From Eledone cirrhosa (lineage: Eukaryota): 64,000 bases of DNA. The stretch lies in the NCBI GenBank assembly GCA_964016885.1, contig OZ024740.1, forward strand, positions 11,656,001-11,720,000, written 5' to 3'. Positions 12,461 through 23,075 of the stretch are shown here, piece by piece. The notes under the pieces were generated by a model that made no database searches, was not told the DNA's origin, and worked only from the letters and a program-made list of their open reading frames with translations. Numbering within the stretch: the first letter of the stretch is position 1; the number at the start of each line of letters is the position of its first letter. Position numbers and translations under genes: made by a program.

Positions 12461-12689
12461 CTGTATAAACACTTCTGTGTCAAACTCCCTATAGTCAGGA
12501 GTGACCCCTTAGTATGTTAACCTATTTCTCTGCTGCTGATCTACCGAGGAACATCTACACTTGCCACCACCTTCTTTCTTTCTTTCTCACTGAATCAATT
12601 ACCTTTCACTCCACCCTCTCCCTTCTCTCCCTTGTGAAATTCTCAACTGAAAACAGGTTTACTTTAGGTCTGGAGTGAAAGGTAATTGG

Positions 12690-12736
<47 letters not shown>

Positions 12737-12816
12737 CAAAGGAATTGTGGTAAGGAACCTAGTCCAGAAATAGCCGTCGAAACGGCTTGAGCTCTGCCGT
12801 CGGGGTCATACTTTTT

Positions 12817-12864
<48 letters not shown>

Positions 12865-12884
12865 TACTTCAAAATATTAATAAA

Positions 12885-13108
12885 TATAGACATTCATGTG
12901 ATCAAATATATTTTATTATATATATTTCAGAGGTACTGAGCTATTTCAACAGTACGTCCTCATCAGATAAAATAAGTTGATGCCTGACATACCTTGACTA
13001 TGTTGATGGTTATAATTCAGTCATGGCAGTGATTAGTTATGATAAAACTCAATATTTATATACCTTAAGTTGAAACATGAAAAATTACATATAATACAGA
13101 GGGTGCGT
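12885..13108 (-). mobile_element. PLE pLTR-like fragment, same family as 6961-7210
   Basis: The reverse complement aligns by eye with 6961-7210, including the hammerhead. Confidence 0.75.
12909..12974 (-). ncRNA. Type I hammerhead ribozyme
   Basis: Minus strand reads TATTTTAT-CTGATGA-GGAC-GTACTG-loop-CAGTAC-CTCT-GAAA-T-ATAT-ATA/ATAAAATA. Loop III is palindromic. Confidence 0.85.
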
Positions 13109-13140
13109 ATGAGAATGTGTATAAAGATATATAATAATAA

Positions 13141-13620
13141 ATGGCATACGTTAAGACGGGTGTCTGGGAAAGTGAAAGTAAATTATTTGACAACAGTGAA
13201 TTTGTTTTTTTTTGTTTTTTTTACAGTGAAAGTTACGATACACACGCAATTGTATGGATTTCTTAATATATATATATGTGTGGGTGTGTATATGTGTGTA
13301 TATATGTGTGTACACTGAATTTGTTTGTTTATTTACAACAGGTCTCTATAGTGATATGGTGTTAATTAGTATTGCGTGTGTGATTATTTTTTCTTTAGAT
13401 AGACGTTAAACGATGAGGATGACACAAACACATATATATATACATACAGACACACATATATATACACACACACATATACACACCCACAGATATATATATA
13501 TTAAGAAATCCATACAATTGCGTGTGTATCGTAACTTTCATTGTAAAAAAAAAAAAAAAAATTCACTGTTGTCAAATAATTTACTTTCACTTTCCCAGAC
13601 GCCCGTCTCAACGTATGCCA
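13141..13620. repeat. Inverted repeat, arms ~165 bp (13141-13305 and ~13455-13620)
   Basis: TGGCATACGTTAAGACGGGTGTCTGGGAAAGTG... versus ...CACTTTCCCAGACGCCCGTCTCAACGTATGCCA, with few mismatches. Confidence 0.9.
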
Positions 13621-14372
13621 TAATAAATAACTAATAATATATAATACATAAACTTATATAACTGTTAAAAATTTAAATAATAATAAGATATGCATACCTC
13701 ATTATTGCAGATAGCGGAAGTGAGAGATCGAGAAAGCAAATCATGAGGAAAGAGAGAAAAAGAAAGAGATTTGATCGTAGGAACAAAAGAAGGGAGAAAT
13801 GATCAAAGGATAGAGAGAAGAAATGAAAATAAGTTTAATAGTATAAACAAAGGGAGGAAGATATGCATTGTAATGTATAAATAGCGTATAATAAGATAGG
13901 GGGGGGGGGGGAGAGAATATCTAGGCATATGATGCGTGACCGTTTATTTTCAAATCTTAAGTTAATTAGAAATAGTCAATTAATCAAGTGACATAAGATT
14001 TTAGACTATAAAATTTGAAAGGATTTATATTATTGTATTATATCAGAGTTAAAGCAAATGTAACGTGAAAGAGATAAATTTATGTTTATCATAACTCCAA
14101 AGGTAATCACAAGTATATTTAAAAGTATATTAAAATTAAGAATATAATCAGAAAACATTAAAATTAAAATGTTATTAATAAACCATAAAGCATTATAAAT
14201 GTATTTAATAAGATATTATTAAACCAGATTTATCTAGATATACTCATTTGTATAATTTATATATAGACTATAAGGTTTAAGGTTTAAGACGATATTAGTC
14301 ACTTATATATAATATAATTACTGTTAAGAGTGTTATAAATTTGATTCAACTAGATGTTACTGTATTAAATTA

Positions 14373-14411
<39 letters not shown>

Positions 14412-14464
14412 AAATGGGGAGAAGAATACTGCAGGTTGCACATGGATAACATGTTATAAAATGA

Positions 14465-14565
14465 GTCCCTCATCAGTGATTTGCCAACGATCATAGATAT
14501 TTCATTGCATTAAAAATCATATACCTCACGTTGGTCCAATAATAACTAAATTAAGTTATTAGGAC
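14465..14565 (-). ncRNA. Candidate permuted/pseudoknotted hammerhead, copy C (core intact)
   Basis: GTCC-hairpin-TTGG-A-CCAACG-TG-AGGTA-TA/TGATTTT-TAAT-GCAA-T-GAAA-TATCT-ATGAT-CGTTGG-CAAATCA-CTGATGA-GGGAC. Confidence 0.7.
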
Positions 14566-14571
14566 ATATAT

Positions 14572-15468
14572 ATATATAATCAAGGTTTAGCAAATAAGAA
14601 AAAGTTTCAAAATAAATTTGTTTAAATTAACTTTACTTACTATGGTTACCTTTACCGAATCGGTTTCGAGTCTCAAAAATAAACGGAGTCCATACGGCAT
14701 CCGTTGCAAAGAAAAACACTCGTCAGAAGGATCTTTTCACTCAGAGAATATAAAATTCCCGAGTTCAAATTACGAACTGGCACTATTCAAAATTGTTCCC
14801 GAGATGAGAGTAAATGAAGTGGAAGCAATTCTTTCAAGTGCCGTGTGTAAAGATAAGAGGCGGAGACAAGGAGGTCAGTCGGCTCCCGCAGCAGTCAGCA
14901 CGACCAAATTTTTTTTCTCAACCAAGAGGAGAATAGTAATAATAGAGTATATGTTCCTACATGCACAAGGCGCTAAGGGACACATGTATTGTCCAACCAT
15001 ATGCCAATGTGGTTCAATGGCAGGTTAATAAATTAACGAGCCTATAGCGAAGATTCTGGGGTGTATGAATGTAACAAAACGAGACATGGTTTGTGTGTAT
15101 AATATTTAATTAACAATGGTAGATAGTATACTTGACATGTCAAAGATAGATGTTAGAATGAAACAAAGTTAGTAGTTACCGTTTTGATTGCCAGGCAAAC
15201 GCGGCTGGCAGAGGACGCCTGGCTAAGGCCAGGCGTCTGTTGGCCAAATGAATGGCGGAGCCCAATGAGAGGCTCTTGACCTGGTGCCGAAAAGGCAATG
15301 AGAGAAAGGAAGCTTAAAGTTGTTAGTTTTATAGGGCTCTGACCGGAAGTTGCAGAAAGGGTTCCACTTCCCGTCTAGATCCTAATCAAAACAAGGGAGA
15401 CAACCGCTACAAGCCAGAACATATATAATCAAGGTTTAGCAAATAAGAAAAAGTTTCAAAATAAATTT
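14572..15468. repeat. ~47-bp direct repeat (14572-14618 and 15422-15468) flanking ~800 bp of unique sequence
   Basis: TATATAATCAAGGTTTAGCAAATAAGAAAAAGTTTCAAAATAAATTT occurs twice. Confidence 0.9.
15070..15411 (-). mobile_element. Possible LTR-like sequence
   Basis: TGTA...TACA termini, TATAAAA (~15333) and ATTAAA (~15108) on the minus strand. No TSD or PBS recognised. Confidence 0.25.
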
Positions 15469-15538
15469 TAAATATATATATATATATATTGCGTTGCTAT
15501 CCTTCTATGTTTGTTTACTTGTCTCGCTCGCTTTACTT

Positions 15539-15640
15539 GTCCCAATAGCTTTATTTAGCTATTGCTCGCACCAACTGGAGGTATATGAATTTTAAAGCGA
15601 TGAAATACCAATGAAGGTTGGAAAATCAATGATGAAGGAC
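15539..15640 (+). ncRNA. Candidate permuted hammerhead, copy B (C3 to A, probably inactive)
   Basis: GTCC-CAATAGCT..AGCTATTG-C-TCGC-A-CCAACT-GG-AGGTA-TA/TGAATTT-TAAA-GCGA-T-GAAA-TACCA-ATGAA-GGTTGG-AAAATCA-ATGATGA-AGGAC. Confidence 0.6.
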
Positions 15641-15736
15641 TATTTTTATCATATGTAACCCATGTGCAACCTCGCAGTATTCATTCTTTTCATGTTTTTA
15701 TATATATATATATATATTTATTTATATATATATATA

Positions 15737-15817
15737 TCATCATCATCATCAGGTTTAGCGTCCGTGTTCCACGCTTGCATGGGTTTGGACGGGGGTTTTC
15801 CCACTTGAGGCAAGAGT
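15737..15817 (-). mobile_element. RTE family A, extreme 3' end
   Basis: Matches 25305-25390; (GAT)n tail within (TA)n. Confidence 0.8.
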
Positions 15818-15862
15818 AAATATATATATATATATATATATTTATTTATATATATATATATA

Positions 15863-15926
<64 letters not shown>

Positions 15927-16013
15927 TTATATATATATATATAAACAAGCAAATTATAAATGTAAACATGTAAGTATGTTGTTGAAACGGTGCGCGAGTT
16001 TGAAAATTAGAAA

Positions 16014-16243
16014 TTAGAAATTATAAGCTTTCACCGTATTTTAGACTAAAGAAATTTCTAGCCTGATAGTGGGGTTTATAACCCTCAGAGAAAAGGAAAA
16101 AGATGAGTGTTGCCGTACATCAGGCTAGAAATTTCTTTAGTCTAAAATACGGTGAAAGCTTATAATTTCTAAGTAAACAACATCTGATCCCTCTTATTTC
16201 TAAGGGAAAAATTAGAAATAAGAGGGATCAGATGTTGTTTACT
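16014..16243. repeat. Two adjacent inverted duplications at the 5' junction of an RTE insertion
   Basis: 16014-16067 pairs with 16119-16172 (54 bp). 16172-16203 pairs with 16212-16243 (32 bp, RTE sequence). Confidence 0.9.
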
Positions 16244-16957
16244 CGAGAGAAGGCTACGTTGGTATGGTCACGTGATGCGCATGAAAGACGACAGCTGTAT
16301 AAAAAAGTGCAGGGCAATAAAGATAGACGGTAGCCACGGAGTAGGCAAACCCAGAAAAATCTGGGACGACCTGATAAACTCCGACCTCACACACTTACAC
16401 CTCTCCAAGACAATGTCACTGGACCGAGACCTTTGGCGGCACTCAGTAATATAGAAGACCCGCCTTACCTAAATACAAAGTAAAACCTACTACAGTCAGT
16501 AGGCATCTCTAACAAAATACACCACCCCCACCCCATCCACACCGCCCCTTTCAATGTAAAGTTATGTTGGTGCCACAACATCCAGGCCGAAACAAATGAG
16601 ATCGTGTAGGTGTCACGACAAAAAAACAGACAGTCCACGCTGTAATGTGGCCGTGTAGGCAACACGGTAAAAACCTCCCAGTCGCACACTGTAAATGTGG
16701 TTGGTGTTAGGAAGGGCATCCAGCTGTAGAAAACCCGCCAGACAGTCCACGCTGTAATGTGGCCGTGTAGGTAACACGGTAAAAACCTCCCAGCCCCACA
16801 CTGTAAATGTGGTTGGTGTTAGGAAGGGCATCCAGCTGTAGAAAACTCGCCAGACAGTCCTATGCGAGCAAGACAACCACTCTTGCCTCAAGTGGGAAAA
16901 CTCCCGTCCAAACCCATGCAAGCGTGGAACATGGACGTTAAACGATGATGATGATGA
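16204..16957 (+). mobile_element. RTE family A, 3' fragment with a 112-bp internal tandem duplication in the 3' UTR
   Basis: ERRLRWYGHVMRMKDDSCIKKCRAIKIDG. (GAT)n tail. GACAGTCCACGCTGTAATG recurs at 16629 and 16741. Confidence 0.9.
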
Positions 16958-16975
16958 TATATTTATTTATATATA

Positions 16976-19365
16976 TATCCTAAACGGACGGTAGTCCGTT
17001 TAGTAATATTGTTGTGGTCGTGTTTTCGTTGGCAATCGTCTGTTTACGACAGTACAGCGCGGCTCTACTTTATTTAACTGAGATAAAACTTATATGAGCA
17101 TGAACAGTAGATCATTACGGATCTTTTGGCTTAAAAATCTAGAAATTTGGTCCAGCGGGAAAAAGTTTATAATCAAAGTTTGCTGATAAATCTTGTGTTC
17201 AAGTGAGTGAGTAGTAAGCGTGACGCTAGGGGAGGTAATCCAGAAATGACGACGTTTGGAAAAGTTTAATTACTGCATGAACGAAATGATTCAAAAATTG
17301 AACTTGCCCAATCTTCACAACATTGAAAATTGGTCAAAATTTGACAAATCTGACTTCAAACCAGATATGATTCATTTGAACAATGTTGGAAATCTTAAAT
17401 TGACACAAATTTTTGCCAATGTTTTTGCCACCTGATCCTTGTTCTATGGCTGACTGACTAATTTTGTGACTTAATAAAATGTCATCATATACTAGTAATG
17501 CACAATGGTCATTTTTAAATTTAAATTTTATTAAATAGTTGTTGCTTGCATTGCCTTAAAATAGTAACAAGAATGTACACATACTTTTTAAAAATACATC
17601 ATTATCAGTCAAATCAGTCAAATGTCACTAAAAGCCAGGTAGTCGATAACAACTTCTATAAGATTAGTTACATGCTCACACATTGGACCACCTCTCATCA
17701 ATGGCATTGGGTGTCTGAGATAATCGTGGAGATAACTGATGAAGTCACAAATGAAGTGATGGTCTTCCAGCGTGAACAACTCCCTATATCCATTGATATA
17801 TGTGATGGCTTCCGATTCATAGGTGCATTTTATGAGGAATTCCATGCATCCGATTTTCAGTGATTCAATGGGCATTTTATCAGAGATGATAAGGTATTTG
17901 ACCACGTTTTGCTTTGTAAGTAAATTGGAGAGAATCACTGCAGTCAAAGTCATTTCTTTGCATGGGTTTTTGTCCATTCTAAAAAGTTAAAATGATAAAG
18001 TATTACTACTATATAACTTACATCTATTGTTGTAACACCATTGAAATGCACAAGTTTCACCAATTCACTATTATGCACTAATCATCTCAAATGCATTCAT
18101 GATTTACTAGCTTTGTCATTAAGCCAGTTGCCTCAACTAGATTGCAATTATACTCAAAAGAACTTTAAAATGTCAATCACTTGTCAGTAATTCACTATGA
18201 TCATTTAATTATTAGATAGTTGTTGCTTGCATTGCCTTAAAAAATAGTAGACCAGATAGAAAAATGCGTACAGCAAAAAAAAGTAATATTGTTGGAATAT
18301 AAACCTTTAAAAATACAGGACAAGAAACTAAAATAAAACTTTAAAAGAATAGGACAAGAAACTAAGATAAAACTTTAAAAGAAGAGGACAAGAAACTAAG
18401 ATAAAACTTTAAAGAATTGGACAAGAAATAAAAAATTTTACAATAATATTAGTGGCAAAATTTTTTTATTCGTTTCCTGTGCTATGCCCCAGTATCTTCT
18501 TGATTAGTGCATAATAATTGTCATGCTCTCATTGTGCGTTGCCCCTGAGCGGTTGGTTCTGGTTGGGGTTGGTTGGCTGAGCAGTTCTGCTCCGTCAGAA
18601 TGACCATTGCAAGAAGAATTGGCCGATGCAGCTGCAGGTCTCCAAGAATGCACTTCTGGTCCCGCAACACCAGACGAAGATGGAGAAGACGACCGGGACA
18701 AGATGTCGACTCTGACCACCGACTACGGCACCTCCCTCAACCACCGGTCCTCCCTCCCTCTGTCCCGTCATCCCTCCAGTCCTCCTGCTCCCCCTTCCTG
18801 TACCAGAAAGCTGTGGCACGCATTCATCTGGACTGTCAAGGACAAGATGCAAGGAGAAGATGGACGGGTTGGTCAAGATCAAGGATGAGCGGGACGACAA
18901 GACCGTCCGCTGCTGCTCAAGATCTGTGCTCATGGGCCCATGGGTCCATTCACATTATGCATGACACATGAGGTGTGTCACCGAATGATGAAATAGGGGT
19001 ATGGTTATGGCCCAATTGGTGTTCAAACCAGGATCAAATGATCCCACCGGTCTGACGACGACCTCTGAATGTGGAACCCAGAGCCTATGAATGTGGAACT
19101 CGATTTTTTACCAATAAAAATTTTGCCACTAATATTATTGTAAAATTTTTTATTTCTTGTCCAATTCTTTAAAGTTTTATCTTAGTTTCTTGTCCTATTC
19201 TTTTAAAGTTTTATCTTAGTTTCTTGTCCTATTCTTTTAAAGTTTTATCTTAGTTTCTTGTCCTATTCTTTTAAAGTTTTATTTTAGTTTCTTGTCCTGT
19301 ATTTTTAAAGGTTTATATTCCAACAATATTACTTTTTTTTGCTGTACGCATTTTTCTATCTGGTA
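16976..19365 (-). mobile_element. Inverted second copy of the 7665-11296 element with a ~1.27-kb internal deletion
   Basis: 16976-17252 matches the reverse complement of 11224-10948, then jumps to 9677 and continues through both ORFs and the fold-back module. Confidence 0.9.
17618..17977 (-). CDS. Second copy of the BACK-like ORF (119 aa)
   Basis: Near-identical to 8958-9314, with one in-frame codon insertion and a few substitutions. Confidence 0.45.
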   Translation of the reverse strand: MDKNPCKEMTLTAVILSNLLTKQNVVKYLIISDKMPIESLKIGCMEFLIKCTYESEAITYINGYRELFTLEDHHFICDFISYLHDYLRHPMPLMRGGPMCEHVTNLIEVVIDYLAFSDI

Positions 19366-19498
19366 TATTTATTTATATATATATATATTTATTTATATAT
19401 ATATATATATTTAATGGAAAAATTTGAACAGGAACAAAACAGAGAGGCAGTACAACGAATGTTTATTATATATATATATATTTATTTATATATATATA

Positions 19499-19543
<45 letters not shown>

Positions 19544-19644
19544 ATTTATTTATATATATATATATTTATTTATATATATATATATTTATATATATATATA
19601 TATATTTATATATATTTATATATATATTTATATATATTTATATA

Positions 19645-19691
<47 letters not shown>

Positions 19692-19902
19692 AATAACTAG
19701 AAATTGATTAACATTTATTTATATATATATATATTACTAGAAATTGATTAACATTTATTTATATATATATATATTAATTTATATATATATATATATATTA
19801 ATTTATATATATATATATATATTAATTTATGTATATATATATATTTATTTATGTATATATATATATTTATTTATATATATATATTTATATATATATATAT
19901 AT

Positions 19903-21412
19903 CAACATCATCATCATCATTTAACGTCCACCTTCCACGCTTGCATGGGTTTGGATGGGAGTTTTCCCATGTGAAGCAAGATTGGTTGTCCTGCTCGTAT
20001 AGGACTGTCTGGCGGGTTTTCTACGGCTGGATGCCCTTCCTAACACCAACCACGTTTACAGTGTGGACTGGGAGGTTTTTACCGTGTTACCTACACGGCC
20101 ACATTACAGCGTGGACTGTGTGTTTTTTTTTGTCGTGACACCTACACGACCTCATTCGTTTCGGACTGGATGTTATGGTACCAACATAACTTCACATTTA
20201 AGGGGGTGGTGTGGATGGGGTGAGGATAGTGGGACGGGGTGTATTTTGTTAGAGGTGCCTACTGACTGTAGGTTTCACTTTGTACTTAGGTAAGGCGGGT
20301 CTTCTGTATGACTGTGTCGCACCAGAGATCTCGGTCCACTGACATTGTCTTGGAGAGGTGTAAGTGTGTGAGGTTGGAATTTATCAAGTGGTCCCAAGTT
20401 TTTCTGGGTCTGCCTACTCCGTGGCTGCCGTCTATTTTTATCGCCCTGCACTTTTTTATACACCTGTCGTCTTCCATGCGCATCACGTGACCATACCAAC
20501 GTAATCTTCTCTCGAGTAAACAACATCTGATCCCTCTTATTTCTAATTACTCCCTTAGTTCGTTTATGCTTTGCTGTTCACGTATATTACTATTACACAT
20601 CGTTTCTCTCCAGTCTGCGTATTTCCTCTGAACACAATGCCCAGGTCTCACTGCTATGTAACATTGCTATTCGTATGCAGACATCATACAGCCTGCCTTG
20701 CATTTTTAGAGAGAACCCTTTAGCAGCTAATAGTGGTATAAGCTCTCTGAACTTTTTCCATCCCGTTCTGACTCTAGCTACTGTACTTTCAGAGCACCCT
20801 CCCCCACTGCTGATTTTGTCACCCAGGTAACGGAAGCTGTCCACTATTTCTATAGAACCATCTGTGCAATGGAATGAGCTAGTATTCTGTGGGCACTTGC
20901 TACTACTTATTGCACCAGAGCACCGGCCACATGTAAAATCTATGTTCTTAGTTAGCTTACCTGTGATCCCACTACATCTTTTATGCACTCATACTTTTAT
21001 GCACTCATACATTTGGGACATAAAATGGAGTTTCTACCTGCGCCTTTCATACACACTGAGCATGGCCATTTCCCGGAAGGGACCGTCGCCTTATTTTCTT
21101 TCCTACAAACTAGAACTTTAGTCTTAGCCAGGTTAATTTTAAGGCCTTTTGATTCTAGGCCGTGCTTCCATGTTTGGAATTTCTTCTCTAGCTCGGCCAT
21201 TGATACAGCTATGAGCGTTAGATCATCTGCGTATAGGAGTTCCCATGGGCAGCCGGTCTTGAACTCCACTGTTATAGCCTTAAGGGCAATAATAAATAGT
21301 AGGGGGCTAAGAACAGAGCCCTGATGAACACCAACTTTTACACTAAACTCTTCACTATATTCGTTGTTAATTCTAACCTTGCTGACTGTTTCTTTATACA
21401 TGGCTTGTATAG

Positions 21413-21420
<8 letters not shown>
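19903..21420 (-). mobile_element. RTE family A, 5'-truncated, degenerate
   Basis: GVHQGSVLSP, ELLYADDL, PHD-like Cys/His cluster, VDSFRYLG. Frameshifts present. (GAT)n tail; (TA)n on both sides. Confidence 0.93.
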
Positions 21421-21443
<23 letters not shown>

Positions 21444-21453
21444 GAAAAAGTAA

Positions 21454-21555
21454 GTCCTTCATCAGTGACCCTCCAACTGTCCCAGGTATTTCATCGCTTT
21501 AAGGGCCATATGCCTCAGGTTGGTGCGAACAACGGCTAAAAAAAGTCGTTGGGAC
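21454..21555 (-). ncRNA. Candidate permuted hammerhead, copy D
   Basis: Same as copy A except for two stem mismatches (TACCT, AGTTGG). Predicted cleavage between 21509 and 21508. Confidence 0.65.
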
Positions 21556-22125
21556 ACGTAAATAAAGGGGACGTTAGGGTAACAAACAAAATGGTTTAAG
21601 CAACGGAAGGTGAGAAGAAATAGACAAGTCCCAGATCTCTATGAATATAAACTCGGTGAAATCGTGAACAAGAGACAAAAGACCATCAAACCTGGTTGAA
21701 ATGTGAGCAAGGAAGGAATTTCGCACAAGTCTAACGGGGGGAAGAAGAAGAAGAAGGGGTCTAGTCTATGAATTCGGTAAACATAAGTTTTGTGAAGTCG
21801 CAGACGAAAGAGAGAGAGAGAGAGAAAAAAATTCCATACCAGCTTGACCAAGAACGCGCGAGAAAAGAATTACACACAGGTCAAATTTGAAGGAGGATGA
21901 GGAAAGAGGAGGAGGAGAGGTAGTGACAGAGAATGAGTGAGTGAAAGTGGAGGAGGAGGCTAACAGAGAGAGAGACTGCTAGAAAGGGTAAAAGGTACAA
22001 AGAACGAGAAAGGGTAAAAGGTACAAAGAACGAAACAGACGGGTAGCAGCAGAAGAAAAAGTATGTGTAAATATGATAATAATGATGGCTGCGCGTTGCA
22101 AATGGTGGTGCATATGAAAAAGTAA

Positions 22126-22183
22126 GTCCTTCATCAGTGACCCTCCAACCGTCCCAGGCATTTCATCGCTTTAAGGGCCATAT
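22126..22183 (-). ncRNA. Candidate permuted hammerhead, copy E: 3' part only, starting at the predicted cleavage site
   Basis: (ATA)TGGCCCT-TAAA-GCGA-T-GAAA-TGCCT-GGGAC-GGTTGG-AGGGTCA-CTGATGA-AGGAC. Homology to the full motif stops at 22181-22183. Confidence 0.65.
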
Positions 22184-22245
22184 CTTCTCACCTTCCGTTG
22201 CTTAAACCATTTTGTTTGTTACCCTAACGTCCCCTTTATTTACGT

Positions 22246-22347
22246 GTCCCAACGACTTTTTTTAGCCGTTGTTCGCACCAACCTGAGGCATATGGCCCTT
22301 AAAGCGATGAAATGCCTGGGACGGTTGGAGGGTCACTGATGAAGGAC
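22246..22347 (+). ncRNA. Candidate permuted/pseudoknotted hammerhead, copy A (best preserved)
   Basis: GTCC-hairpin-TCGC-A-CCAACC-TG-AGGCA-TA(22292)/TGGCCCT-TAAA-GCGA-T-GAAA(22309-12)-TGCCT-GGGAC-GGTTGG-AGGGTCA-CTGATGA(22336-42)-A-GGAC. Confidence 0.75.
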
Positions 22348-22395
22348 TTACTTTTTCATATGCACCACCATTTGCAACGCGCAGCCATCATTATT

Positions 22396-22463
<68 letters not shown>

Positions 22464-22537
22464 TATATATATATATTTATATATATATATTTATATATAT
22501 ATATATTTATATATATATATATTTACATATATATATA

Positions 22538-22608
<71 letters not shown>

Positions 22609-22611
22609 TTA

Positions 22612-22840
22612 TATGGAAAGGCCAGTTGAAGGAAGACGTGGTAGAGGTAGACCACGAAAAACATGGGCGAGGTAGACCACGAAAAACATGGGCGGAGGTG
22701 GTGAGAACAGACCTCAGATCATTGAAGCTCACAGTGGAGATGACGAGGGACCGTGACGAGTGGAGAGATGCTGTGCTGAATAAGACCCGTCCCACCCTTG
22801 CAAGCAGGGAAAAGCGGACGTAAAATGATGATGATGATGA
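22612..22840 (+). mobile_element. RTE-clade LINE 3' fragment (third family)
   Basis: [34 protein letters not shown] followed by a (GAT)n tail. Confidence 0.85.
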
Positions 22841-22859
22841 TATATATTTATATATATTT

Positions 22860-23040
22860 ATGAACTTGGCTGGTCTCGCTTGGAGATCCAGCCGGATCAG
22901 TTGGAGACAGTTGCTTCTGACAGGACCCACTGGAAGGAGTGTTTGAGGACTCTGCCCCCCCCCCCCCCCCCCGACTCTCTCAGGAATAAGTGGGAGAAGA
23001 TATTTTATCTAGTAATGTCCTGTACCACATAAAACCACAC

Positions 23041-23042
<2 letters not shown>
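22860..23042 (+). mobile_element. RTE (Expander/Rex3-like) 3' fragment
   Basis: Near-identical to 26518-26697. Confidence 0.8.

Positions 23043-23074
<32 letters not shown>

Positions 23075-23075
<1 letters not shown>

Larger units (their letters stand above)
21443..22400 (-). mobile_element. Non-coding retrozyme/PLE-like element: 672-nt partial tandem (22182-21443, minus) plus an inverted terminal segment (22183-22400, plus), embedded in (TA)n
   Basis: 21443-21511 is directly repeated at 22115-22183 (offset 672). 22183-22360 is the reverse complement of 21618-21443. No credible ORF. Confidence 0.75.

Noticed and set aside
11320-12483. His/Thr-rich 387- and 361-aa ORFs
   Set aside because: Simple-repeat translation open in several frames.
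19339-19974. Ile/Tyr-rich ORFs here and at 22312-22629, 28195-28758 and 33167-33382
   Set aside because: Translations of (TA)n/(TG)n microsatellites.
22293-22335. Twister-ribozyme reading of the atypical motif (CCCT-TAA...GGAGGG)
   Set aside because: The twister-like nucleotides are not conserved in copies B and C, whereas the hammerhead core and stems are.
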